Shown here piece after piece: positions 38,095 through 45,982 of a stretch of 64,000 nt of DNA. The position numbers were made by a program, and so were the translations under genes. Origin of the DNA: a virus. Taxonomy: Duplodnaviria > Caudoviricetes. How positions within the stretch are numbered: the first letter of the stretch is position 1; each line of letters opens with the position of its first letter. Below the pieces are notes generated by a model. The model ran no database searches, had not been told where the DNA came from, and saw nothing but the letters and a program-made list of their open reading frames with translations. The stretch is from positions 7,629-71,628 of the IMG/VR virus record IMGVR_UViG_3300047280_000041. The stretch is one strand, 5' to 3'.

Positions 38095-39437
38095 TGTTCG
38101 AGATTACTGCACTCAACCCGGCAACCAACGAAACAAAGCGGTTTTTCTACGACGCGCACAAGTCGACGTTAACGCATCAAGATGGTTCTGATGTGATGGC
38201 AGTAAAGCCGATGGGCTTTCATGCAATAGAAACAACCAGCGCAGTGACACCGACTGGAAAAACAAGCCCGCGCTTGTTGAAGATTTCGCTTGGCTTGTCG
38301 TGCAACTACGAGTGCGAATATTGCTCTCAGCGTTTTGTGCCAAGAGCAGAAGAAACCAATCACAACGACATCGACAATTTCATCGGTGGTTTGGACGCTT
38401 GGGTGAAAACACCCCCTGAAAAGATTGAGTTCTGGGGTGGTGAGCCTCTCGTCTACATCAAGACAATGCGCCCATTGGCTGAGGCAATCAGGCTGAAATA
38501 CCCGCAATCCGTTTTGTCCTTCATCACCAATGGCTCATTGCTGACTGAAGAATTGAATGAGTGGGTGGAAAGTATGGGATTTGCAGTGGGCATCAGTCAC
38601 GATGGCCCTGGCCAAAGCGTTCGTGGCCCAGATCCTTTGGACGACCCGATTCGCAAAGCTGCGATTCTTGACCTATATCGCAGACTTGCACCGCAAGGGC
38701 GCATTAGCTTCAATGCGATGATGAACAGATCAAACAAAAGTAGGGTCGCTGTTAGAAATTTTTTCGTCCAGCTGACTGGTGACGAGAATGTAAAAATTGG
38801 CGAAGGCAGCCTGATTGACGCTTACGATGAAGGTGGTTTATCGAGCTCGCTGAGCGGTAGTGAGCACGTCGAATTTAGAAGGAACTCCCTTTATGAAATT
38901 CGTACTTCACTGGGATTGAATGTCGAGATCACCAGAACTAAAGTAGAAAACTTCTTTCAATCCATCATCACTAAAAGACCATCGACATCGCTTGGGCAAA
39001 AGTGTGGCATGGATAGAAGCGATTCCATTGCAGTTGATTTAAACGGCAACGTCATGACTTGCCAGAACGTGAGCTCAAACAGTACAGCGCCGAATGGTAA
39101 TAGCCACCTGATTGGAAATGTGCAAGATTTGGGCGCTGTGAAACTGAACACCTCAACACATTGGTCTCACAGAGATGAGTGTTCTAAATGCCCAGTGCTG
39201 CAGCTGTGCGCTGGCGCGTGCATGTTTCTGGAAGGGAATTTGTGGGATGTCACTTGCGATAGTGCGTTCTCTGACAACATTGTTTTCTTTGCAGCCGCAT
39301 TCGAATTGATGACCGGGCACATTCCAATCTACATCAATGGCCCTCAGCGACAAGATCGCAGAGACGTGTTCGGACATATCTTTGGTGTCCCTAAACAAAC
39401 CAAGAGACCATTCCCAATTCCAGTCGTGGCTGGGTAA
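38094..39437 (+). CDS. Radical SAM enzyme with SPASM domain
   Basis: CNYECEYC (CxxxCxxC), FWGGEP, ISHDG; SPASM cysteines KCG...TCQ and CSKCPVLQLCAGAC...C. Confidence 0.95.
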   Translation: MFEITALNPATNETKRFFYDAHKSTLTHQDGSDVMAVKPMGFHAIETTSAVTPTGKTSPRLLKISLGLSCNYECEYCSQRFVPRAEETNHNDIDNFIGGLDAWVKTPPEKIEFWGGEPLVYIKTMRPLAEAIRLKYPQSVLSFITNGSLLTEELNEWVESMGFAVGISHDGPGQSVRGPDPLDDPIRKAAILDLYRRLAPQGRISFNAMMNRSNKSRVAVRNFFVQLTGDENVKIGEGSLIDAYDEGGLSSSLSGSEHVEFRRNSLYEIRTSLGLNVEITRTKVENFFQSIITKRPSTSLGQKCGMDRSDSIAVDLNGNVMTCQNVSSNSTAPNGNSHLIGNVQDLGAVKLNTSTHWSHRDECSKCPVLQLCAGACMFLEGNLWDVTCDSAFSDNIVFFAAAFELMTGHIPIYINGPQRQDRRDVFGHIFGVPKQTKRPFPIPVVAG

Positions 39438-39460
39438 ACAGACCTTTCAGAAAGCTTCAG

Positions 39461-39772
39461 ATGTTCACTGACGATCAAGGAACCAAACGAGAAACACCCG
39501 AAGAACTCACTATCGAGAGCAAACTCGATTTGATCCTTGATGAGATGCGCCACCTGCGGTCTGCGTTTCCCAAAGACGAGGATGGCAACGTCGACTATGA
39601 CGGCCACCGCAAATACCACGAGCACTTGATCCGCGCAGCTGAAGCGCAAGAAGCGTTCTGGAATGACCTTAAGAAAGAGGTCATCAAGAAAGGCATCATC
39701 GGTGCTCTGATTATCGGCCTTGGTTTGGTGTGGCTGGGTTTTCAAGCCAAGCTAGGTATCGGCCCGCATTGA
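39461..39772 (+). CDS. Holin-like membrane protein
   Basis: Single C-terminal hydrophobic helix; first gene of the lysis block. Confidence 0.5.
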   Translation: MFTDDQGTKRETPEELTIESKLDLILDEMRHLRSAFPKDEDGNVDYDGHRKYHEHLIRAAEAQEAFWNDLKKEVIKKGIIGALIIGLGLVWLGFQAKLGIGPH

Positions 39773-39773
39773 C

Positions 39774-40541
39774 GTGGACCCCATCAGCCTTCTCATGGCA
39801 GCACAAGCAGCAGTGGCTGCTGTGCGCAAAGGCTGCCAGATGCTCAGCGAAGGCAAAGCTGAGATCAGCAAGCTAAAGAAGACGGTTGAACAAGGCATCG
39901 GTGATGCCAAGGCAATCTACAAAGAAGTCACTGGCCTATGGTCGTGGCTTCTTGGTTTATTCAGCGGTGCTCCTAAAAAGCCAACGGTAGAGATCCAGAC
40001 TCCCGTCGCTGACACCCCAAAGCCTGCAGTAGCTCCAGTAGCTCAAGCCAAGAAGACCAAGCAGAAAGAGCCTGAGCTCAGCTACGAGGAATACCAAACC
40101 CAGGCAATACACCAAGTCTGCGAGCAGCTCAAGACCTTCTTTGAGATTCGTCGGAATCTAAGGTCCTACTGTCTGGAGCTTGAAGAAATCTCCAAAACAA
40201 CGACGACAATTGAAGACAGTGCTCTGGACAGAGTCGAGATTGAACTGCAACTGGAAAACATGACAGTTCAGATCCGTGAAGCAATGGTGTATGCACCCGC
40301 AGAACTGCGAAACATCTACAGCCGCTTCCTTGAGATGTACAACCTGATCATTGAGGAGCAAGAGTTTGCTCGTCAGGTCAAACGCAAGAAAGACAGGGAT
40401 GCAAAGTGGCAACGAGAACTCCTACGCAATCATCGTATAGACCGGGCAGCGGTGGGAACAGCAGTGGTGGTGGGAATACTGTGGATGTGGGCCTTTCTAC
40501 TGTCACTCGGATGGCTCGTGAGGACACACGCTGGTTTGTAA
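39774..40541 (+). CDS. Coiled-coil protein with C-terminal TM helix (lysis region)
   Basis: GTG start, MDPISLL N-terminus, C-terminal hydrophobic helix. Confidence 0.6.
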   Translation: MDPISLLMAAQAAVAAVRKGCQMLSEGKAEISKLKKTVEQGIGDAKAIYKEVTGLWSWLLGLFSGAPKKPTVEIQTPVADTPKPAVAPVAQAKKTKQKEPELSYEEYQTQAIHQVCEQLKTFFEIRRNLRSYCLELEEISKTTTTIEDSALDRVEIELQLENMTVQIREAMVYAPAELRNIYSRFLEMYNLIIEEQEFARQVKRKKDRDAKWQRELLRNHRIDRAAVGTAVVVGILWMWAFLLSLGWLVRTHAGL

Positions 40542-40750
40542 TCGGTGTGGTGGTGCTTTCACTGGTTCTGTTTTTGGTTCTTCCTATTGGCGTGCTGATC
40601 GCCGTCGATAATGAGAAACGGCTCGGTAGAGCTGAAGCCCGTATTGATCGCAAGATCAGACGATTGGAAAAACTTGAGGAGAGTCTTAAGGAAAAAGATG
40701 AAAAAGCTGTTGTACCTCGGCCTGCTGCTGGTACTGATAACGGGCTGTGA
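40511..40750 (+). CDS. Small membrane protein (TM plus coiled coil)
   Basis: WFVIGVVVLSLVLFLVLPIGVLIAV followed by a charged helix; start uncertain. Confidence 0.5.
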   Translation: MAREDTRWFVIGVVVLSLVLFLVLPIGVLIAVDNEKRLGRAEARIDRKIRRLEKLEESLKEKDEKAVVPRPAAGTDNGL

Positions 40751-40922
40751 AGACCGTTACCGGTATTACTGTCAGGATCCCAAAAACTTTGCGCAGAAGC
40801 GCTGTCAGAAACCCGATTGCTTATTTACCCAGGATTGCCCTGAGTACCTAGTAGCACCAATCCTGGAGAAGAAAATTGAACAATCTACATCAACCGCGTC
40901 GAGCCCTGTTCCAAACAACTGA
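40698..40922 (+). CDS. Small Cys-rich lipoprotein
   Basis: MKK signal, lipobox ITGC, then YRYYCQDP...C..P.C...QDC. Confidence 0.7.
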   Translation: MKKLLYLGLLLVLITGCEDRYRYYCQDPKNFAQKRCQKPDCLFTQDCPEYLVAPILEKKIEQSTSTASSPVPNN

Positions 40923-41451
40923 AGAACTGATCGCCTTCTGTGAAGTCATGGTGTGGGCCTTTGTGGTCGGCATTGTGATGCTGGTGTTTGGTGGCTTGGT
41001 TTTCGCCATGCTGTATTCCGTGACGTTCGTTCAGCAGCCACTTAAAACGATGGCTCCGATCGACATGGCCTACACCAAGATGCTCAATGACATCGTACTG
41101 CTGATGACAGGATCGATTACGACCCTGATCGGTATGCGCGTGGCAAAGAAGGCATCCGAGATGATGGCCAACAAAGTGAGCTCAACGCTTACCCCGACAC
41201 CGCCTACCTCACCGAGTTCAGGGCCTGCGTGTACACCCGCCCCTGTTCAGCCGGTAGGGCCATCGACTGCTCCTCCTGCACCTGCAGCATCGACTTCAAT
41301 CATGCCTGACTGGAACTGGATGAATTGGACGAACCCCCAGCTCGATGAGAACTGGACTCCGCCCCCTCCTCCTACGACGCCTGCAGATCATCTGGAGCCA
41401 GAAGATGAACGTGAATCCCTGGCCCACGCTCGAGCAGAGCAGCGAGTCTGA
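40876..41451 (+). CDS. Two-TM membrane protein with Pro-rich tail
   Basis: Two hydrophobic helices, then a P/T/S-rich region. Confidence 0.6.
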   Translation: MNNLHQPRRALFQTTEELIAFCEVMVWAFVVGIVMLVFGGLVFAMLYSVTFVQQPLKTMAPIDMAYTKMLNDIVLLMTGSITTLIGMRVAKKASEMMANKVSSTLTPTPPTSPSSGPACTPAPVQPVGPSTAPPAPAASTSIMPDWNWMNWTNPQLDENWTPPPPPTTPADHLEPEDERESLAHARAEQRV

Positions 41452-41453
41452 AC

Positions 41454-41921
41454 ATGCTGGCCTTACTCAGGAACCCCTGGATCATTCTCGGCGCGCTGTC
41501 TGCCGTCTTAACTGCATATTTCTACGGCCACCATGCCGGTTTTGTGCAGAGAGACTTGGAGATGCAAGCCGAGATCAGCCAGAAGAACAATGAGTCCCGC
41601 GAGCGTGAACAGAAGCTCAGCGAGCAACTCAATCAAACATCAACTCAATTGAAAGACGCCAATGATTCAATCAATCAAAAGCAAACTGCTCTTGATCGCG
41701 CTATCAGTGCTGGGCGGGTGCGCCTCCCCGCCGCCCGTTGCGTACAAGCCAGTTCAAGTGCCCCCGCTCCCAGCGGGAATCAGCAAGATGGAGCCGAATC
41801 TGACCGAGAGACTCTCCGACTTATTGCTCAAATCGCAGCCGACGGGGACAGAGCCATCGTTCAACTCAACGCCTGCGTCGAAGCCTACAACTCAGTCAGG
41901 AGCCAAGTAAATGGTCAATGA
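41454..41921 (+). CDS. Rz-like inner-membrane spanin
   Basis: N-terminal TM, long coiled coil, AGRVRL motif and C-terminal QLNAC. Confidence 0.8.
   Translation: MLALLRNPWIILGALSAVLTAYFYGHHAGFVQRDLEMQAEISQKNNESREREQKLSEQLNQTSTQLKDANDSINQKQTALDRAISAGRVRLPAARCVQASSSAPAPSGNQQDGAESDRETLRLIAQIAADGDRAIVQLNACVEAYNSVRSQVNGQ
41662..41910 (+). CDS. Rz1-like outer-membrane spanin lipoprotein (embedded in Rz, +1 frame)
   Basis: Signal peptide with lipobox LGGC, Pro-rich mature part, fully nested in the Rz gene. Confidence 0.75.
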   Translation: MIQSIKSKLLLIALSVLGGCASPPPVAYKPVQVPPLPAGISKMEPNLTERLSDLLLKSQPTGTEPSFNSTPASKPTTQSGAK

Positions 41922-42525
41922 ATCCCAACTACAACGGCTGCACATCAACCCGGCGTTGTGCTCGGCCCTGAATGAGACGTTCGAGATGTTCAACATTCGG
42001 ACGGCCCGTCAGCAAGCAGCTTTCTTGGCTCAGTGCGGTCATGAATCTGGCAACTTCACAAAGCTGGAAGAAGACCTGCGCTACCGTGGTGCCACGCTCT
42101 TCAAGATGTTCCCTAAGACGCCAAAGCGTGCCTGGGGTTTTGCATCAGTAGAAGAAGCGATGACCTACCAAGGTCACCCCGAGCGCATTGCCTCCCGCAT
42201 CTACGGCGGCCGAATGGGCAACCGCGATGAGAAGTCAGGCGATGGCTGGCTGTACCGGGGATCCGGCAACATGCAATTGACCGGAGCGGCGAATTTCTTC
42301 CATGCCGGCAAGGCCCTGGGCCAAGACTTTGTCCGCAACCCGGATCTTGTCCGCACACCTGAGTGGGGCCTGAAGACTGCTGGCTGGTTCTGGTCGACTC
42401 ACCGCTGCAACGAGCTGGCCGAGAAGGCTGACTGGACTGGCTTGACCAAGGCCATCAACGGGGGCTTGATCGGCTACGACGATCGAGTGGCCCACACTGG
42501 ACTAGCACTAAACGTGCTGGCTTGA
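41911..42525 (+). CDS. Endolysin, glycoside hydrolase family 19
   Basis: AAFLAQCGHESGNF, GDGWLYRGSGNMQLTG, AGWFW and TKAINGG. Confidence 0.92.
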   Translation: MVNESQLQRLHINPALCSALNETFEMFNIRTARQQAAFLAQCGHESGNFTKLEEDLRYRGATLFKMFPKTPKRAWGFASVEEAMTYQGHPERIASRIYGGRMGNRDEKSGDGWLYRGSGNMQLTGAANFFHAGKALGQDFVRNPDLVRTPEWGLKTAGWFWSTHRCNELAEKADWTGLTKAINGGLIGYDDRVAHTGLALNVLA

Positions 42526-42552
42526 GAAGACCCCTTCGGGGGTCTTTTTCAT
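42526..42552. terminator. Terminator at the convergence of lysis and - strand genes
   Basis: gaagacccc-ttcg-ggggtcttttt. Confidence 0.85.
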
Positions 42553-42791
42553 TGGGGCACCTGTCCACCGAAATAGACCATGGACATGGGAACCAAATCC
42601 TTGGCATCAGCTTCAAAGATCGAATCCCGCCATGGCCTGTGAGGGTTGAAGGCCAACACCTCGACCCGCTCACCCGTAGACAGGGCTATAACGTCCTGAC
42701 CGTTGAACTGGTACCTGTGCCCCTGCCGAGCAATTTGAGGCCTCTGCTGGTCGATCTGGCTCATGCCATCCACCTTTGCTCGATGGAGCAC
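42549..42791 (-). CDS. Hypothetical protein
   Basis: Member of a chain of overlapping small - strand ORFs. Confidence 0.5.
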   Translation of the reverse strand: MLHRAKVDGMSQIDQQRPQIARQGHRYQFNGQDVIALSTGERVEVLAFNPHRPWRDSIFEADAKDLVPMSMVYFGGQVPQ

Positions 42792-42964
42792 CAGACAACA
42801 TGCTCAGACTCGGTGATGACATGTCCTGCCATCACTTCATCGACTTGACCACCCAGGCGGAAGTACCGGTCGTCACGAAAGCACATGAGCTTGTCACCGG
42901 GCTCGAGCACCACGGTGACTTCCTGCTTGCCTTGACGGTTGGTTTTCTCTTTGACGATTCTCAT
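42761..42964 (-). CDS. Hypothetical protein
   Basis: 67 aa, ATGA coupling to the upstream ORF. Confidence 0.55.
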   Translation of the reverse strand: MRIVKEKTNRQGKQEVTVVLEPGDKLMCFRDDRYFRLGGQVDEVMAGHVITESEHVVWCSIEQRWMA

Positions 42965-43146
42965 CGCAGACCTTTGTTGGCCTCGTACATGCCAGAGTGA
43001 GACGTGCGGTCCTTCAGGATGCCCACGCAGCCGTTCGATGGCGGCTTGTAGGGCACAGCAATGCCGTTGACCATGGAAGGCTTGGTAAACGCGTCCTGAG
43101 AGCCAGGGCGCATGACGGGAGAGGGGTTGAGTTGGAAGGGCTTCAT
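42961..43146 (-). CDS. Hypothetical protein
   Basis: 61 aa, coupled ORF with RBS. Confidence 0.55.
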   Translation of the reverse strand: MKPFQLNPSPVMRPGSQDAFTKPSMVNGIAVPYKPPSNGCVGILKDRTSHSGMYEANKGLR

Positions 43147-43160
43147 GGGAACTTTCTTGG

Positions 43161-43292
43161 TTACTTGGTGGAACAGCCTTGGACAGTCAGGCCAGCTTGC
43201 GCGCGCAGACAGTCCCAGACATCGGGGTCGCCTTGGAAGAGGAAGAACAAGACGAAGACGAACACCCAGAATTTGAGGTCGTAGTTGCTCAT
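43161..43292 (-). CDS. Small membrane protein (43 aa, not in the ORF track)
   Basis: Hand translation MSNYDLKFWVFVFVLFFLFQGDPDVWDCL...; ATGA overlap with 43289-43525. Confidence 0.55.
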   Translation of the reverse strand: MSNYDLKFWVFVFVLFFLFQGDPDVWDCLRAQAGLTVQGCSTK

Positions 43293-43525
43293 GGCACGTC
43301 TCCGTTGGGGCAGGTGCCTGTAGCGGTCAACATGCAGGGCTCTTCAGGGTGGCAAAGCGATGAGCAGGTGTGTCGGCCAGACTTGATGGCTTCAGCAAAA
43401 TTGGTCAGCTGAGCCCAAGTGAGGGTCACACCAGTCACCGCACGCATGGGGCCTTCGGTGTGGCTCTTGGCACCGCAGTTGAAGGCAAGGGTGCGCAGGT
43501 GTTCTTGGATCATGGGAGCTTTCAA
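43289..43525 (-). CDS. Hypothetical protein with C-terminal Cys/His cluster
   Basis: HTCSSLCHPEEPCMLTATGTC. Confidence 0.5.
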   Translation of the reverse strand: MKAPMIQEHLRTLAFNCGAKSHTEGPMRAVTGVTLTWAQLTNFAEAIKSGRHTCSSLCHPEEPCMLTATGTCPNGDVP

Positions 43526-43557
43526 TTGCAGGATTCCGCTTCAATTGCAGAACCCAA

Positions 43558-43592
43558 AGAAAAAGGGCCTGAGTCGTTAGACCCAAGCCCTT
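43558..43592 (-). terminator. Terminator just downstream of the tRNA-like att core
   Basis: On - strand gggcttgggtc-taac-gactcaggccc followed by a T run. Confidence 0.7.
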
Positions 43593-43609
43593 GAATTTAC
43601 TACGTTTTC

Positions 43610-43654
43610 TGGCGCGCCCGGCAGGATTCGAACCCACGACCCCTTGGTTCGTAG
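43610..43654 (-). other. attP core: 45-bp copy of the 3' half of tRNA-Arg(ACG)
   Basis: Reverse complement CTACGAACCAAGGGGTCGTGGGTTCGAATCCTGCCGGGCGCGCCA gives anticodon loop (ACG), T-arm GGTTCGAATCC, acceptor strand and CCA; D-arm and 5' half are absent. Confidence 0.88.
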
Positions 43655-43757
43655 ACAGCTCGTTTGCCGTACTGGGCAGCGTTAGAAATCAATGGCTTGG
43701 CCCACATTGCTCATGCAAGAGGCGAGGTTTGGGTACCACGCTAAGTCATTGATTTTA

Positions 43758-44033
43758 TTAGGGGGTCGGACGAGCAATTGCAGGAATTGCAGGCCCTTGT
43801 TTGCCCCGAACGTACTTGATGAGGCGCACGATGCCAGTCATGCCACGGCGCTGCTCACGGATCCACCAGTAGCCCGTCATGGGCCAGAAGTCGATGGTCT
43901 CCGTGCGCGTGCGAATCAGGATGGTTGCAGCGCTGGCCCAGGCCTCAAACTTGATGCCGTCGCGCTCCAAGTGCTTACACACATGGGTCATGGTCAAAGG
44001 CACCCGGGTCAGGGGTTTGCGGCCGCGCTTCAT
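43758..44033 (-). CDS. Hypothetical protein
   Basis: 91 aa, IDFWPMTGYW motif, coupled ORF. Confidence 0.6.
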   Translation of the reverse strand: MKRGRKPLTRVPLTMTHVCKHLERDGIKFEAWASAATILIRTRTETIDFWPMTGYWWIREQRRGMTGIVRLIKYVRGKQGPAIPAIARPTP

Positions 44034-44275
44034 CGTCTGGCTACCCAGCCAACAGGCTCGGTGTCCTCGCTGTTGAGCTTGGCGAACTCTTCGTCAGCCA
44101 GTGCGCGATCTTCGAAGCAGAACCGCCGGCCCCAGCCGTAGCGGTTCAGGTTCATGTAGATGGCGCGAGTGAACATCAGATCTCCGATGCCCACAATGCA
44201 GCCATCAGGCAGGAGCTTGACCTCACGGTAGTCACCCATGGCTTGGATGTCGGCAAGTAGTTGTTGGTCACTCAT
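44030..44275 (-). CDS. Hypothetical protein
   Basis: 81 aa; GWGRRFCFED; ATGA overlaps. Confidence 0.6.
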   Translation of the reverse strand: MSDQQLLADIQAMGDYREVKLLPDGCIVGIGDLMFTRAIYMNLNRYGWGRRFCFEDRALADEEFAKLNSEDTEPVGWVARR

Positions 44276-44466
44276 CGCATGGCCCTCATCTTGAGCATGT
44301 AGCCCTGGGTGTAGAGACTAGCCCAATCATCAAGTCGATTGCTCATCTTGGCTTGGGGAAGGATGGCCATGAGTTGAGTCAGTGTCTGCTCGGTTTGTTC
44401 CATCATGGCTTTGCGTTTACTGGAAACGATTTGCTGGGGGGAGATTGGGCGGGATGAGTTGGTCAT
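44272..44466 (-). CDS. Hypothetical protein
   Basis: 64 aa; overlaps the upstream ORF by about 50 bp, start uncertain. Confidence 0.4.
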   Translation of the reverse strand: MTNSSRPISPQQIVSSKRKAMMEQTEQTLTQLMAILPQAKMSNRLDDWASLYTQGYMLKMRAMR

Positions 44467-44662
44467 ACGGATTTCCATCGAACATCTTTGCAAGGGGAAT
44501 GGTGGTTACCTCTTCAGTGTCTGGGTTGTGCTCGAAAGCACAGATGATGACAACAGGTTTTCCCGTTTCAACATCCGTGCATTCCATTAAGCCAGCATCA
44601 CCATTGATGATTGCTCGAGCCAGTGTTGAGAGATTTTTCTGATAGCCTTTGGCAATTGTCAT
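44417..44662 (-). CDS. DUF6117-like hypothetical protein
   Basis: NLSTLARAIINGDAGLMEC...PLAKMFDGNPYDQLIPP pattern; family name from recall. Confidence 0.55.
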   Translation of the reverse strand: MTIAKGYQKNLSTLARAIINGDAGLMECTDVETGKPVVIICAFEHNPDTEEVTTIPLAKMFDGNPYDQLIPPNLPPANRFQ

Positions 44663-44666
44663 GGGA

Positions 44667-45758
44667 TTACCTCATTGGTTTGACCACCTCCGCTTTGCGT
44701 CGGTAGATTCGTTTTGTGGTTCGGCTGTCAGCGTGAGCCAACAAAGCTTGTGCATGCACCAGGGATTCAGCATCGCTACCTACCTTGGCACGTAGATCGT
44801 GTTCGGTGAAGTGCTCAGTGACCTTGGTTTCTTTCAGTACCCGTTCCATGAAGCGTTGCCACATGGATTTCCAGCCAGATGATTGGCCGGTGACCTCATT
44901 CACGTAGCTTGCGCCGTAGCGGTTGCAGAACAGGAATGTGGAATTCTTGTTTGAACGGGAAGCCAAGGCCAGATCAACAGCCAATTTCAGTGCAGGTGTC
45001 CACACATAGATTGTCCGTTTACCGGTTTTCTTGGCTGTCTTGTGGCGTTCGTTGTGAATACCGTCATCTTGAATATGCGATGTTTGCAGCCTCAGTAAAT
45101 CTCCCTGGGCCATGCCCGTGAGAAGTTTCAAACGCAGATATGCCTGGATCATCATGACGCTGCCACGCTTGCGCTTGCAGTCCAGTGAAAGTGCTTCAAC
45201 GATCTCCCAGTCTTCCACGTAGCGATCTCTGGGAGTTTCTCCCTGAAGTCTTACTTCGTGTTTGAATGGGTGACGATCGATGTAACCCCATTGCACAGCT
45301 TTGGTGTAAGCATGGCTGAGTAATTCGATTTCACGGTGAGCAGCAATGACACCACCTGTGACTCGTCCTGTTTCAGGATCAGTCTTCTTGACGCTGCGTT
45401 TGTCCACGTACTGGTAAACCAGTTGTGGTGTAAACGGCTTCAATGGGTGGGCACCGAAGACACGCTTAAGCATCTTCAGTTGGTTCATGTTGCTGCCTTG
45501 ACTGGCTGGCGCTTTCTTGGGAATCACCTCAAGCACGTAGCGATCCAACAGATCACCAATGGTCTTGGCTTCAGTTGGCTTGGCTACTCGGTCAGACCAG
45601 ATCTGATAAGCCTCATGCAGTTTGTCGCTGAGACGGAAGGATTGCTTCCCATCCCAAAGGTGTTCAAGCCCCTTGGGGACCATGTAGTAGTAAGCCCCGT
45701 AGGCAAATCGCCATCGGGCCGGGAGACCCCGGTTTTCTTTGCTGCGTTGACGCGGCAT
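44667..45758 (-). CDS. int: Tyrosine recombinase / phage integrase
   Basis: Arm-binding-like N-terminus, core-binding region, box II HDLRAK, LLAH and C-terminal Tyr (IYRR); box I reads TGMAQGD. Confidence 0.92.
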   Translation of the reverse strand: MPRQRSKENRGLPARWRFAYGAYYYMVPKGLEHLWDGKQSFRLSDKLHEAYQIWSDRVAKPTEAKTIGDLLDRYVLEVIPKKAPASQGSNMNQLKMLKRVFGAHPLKPFTPQLVYQYVDKRSVKKTDPETGRVTGGVIAAHREIELLSHAYTKAVQWGYIDRHPFKHEVRLQGETPRDRYVEDWEIVEALSLDCKRKRGSVMMIQAYLRLKLLTGMAQGDLLRLQTSHIQDDGIHNERHKTAKKTGKRTIYVWTPALKLAVDLALASRSNKNSTFLFCNRYGASYVNEVTGQSSGWKSMWQRFMERVLKETKVTEHFTEHDLRAKVGSDAESLVHAQALLAHADSRTTKRIYRRKAEVVKPMR

Positions 45759-45982
45759 TACATTGCATCCCAGTTGGGTTGAACAGCTTTGGGTTGGGAA
45801 CGGGTACTCGAGTCACCGTCAAAGACTTTGAAGATGTGAGCTCTGAGAATGGCAATGGAGCCATCAGGGCGCACACGGTGCTCGATACCCATGGATTTAA
45901 GAGCGCGTGACTGGGCAGGACGAACCTTGCGTTCAGTCAGCGTGCGGACCTCATCTTCCGTAAGGAAGGTGTCAGTAGCCAT
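45758..45982 (-). CDS. Excisionase-like DUF4224 protein
   Basis: FLTEDEVRTLTERK...QSRALKSMGIEHRVRPDG...PNWDAM; stop overlaps the integrase start. Confidence 0.8.
   Translation of the reverse strand: MATDTFLTEDEVRTLTERKVRPAQSRALKSMGIEHRVRPDGSIAILRAHIFKVFDGDSSTRSQPKAVQPNWDAM

Larger units (their letters stand above)
43522..43793. repeat. Candidate integrase arm-type sites flanking the att core
   Basis: (c)aattgcag twice on the left (43522, 43541) and twice on the right (43775, 43785); inverted pair aaatcaatggctt (43686) / aagtcattgattt (43743). Confidence 0.7.

Noticed and set aside
43610-43690. Complete tRNA-Arg gene
   Set aside because: Similarity stops at the anticodon loop; the D-arm and 5' acceptor strand are missing, so it is called an att core.
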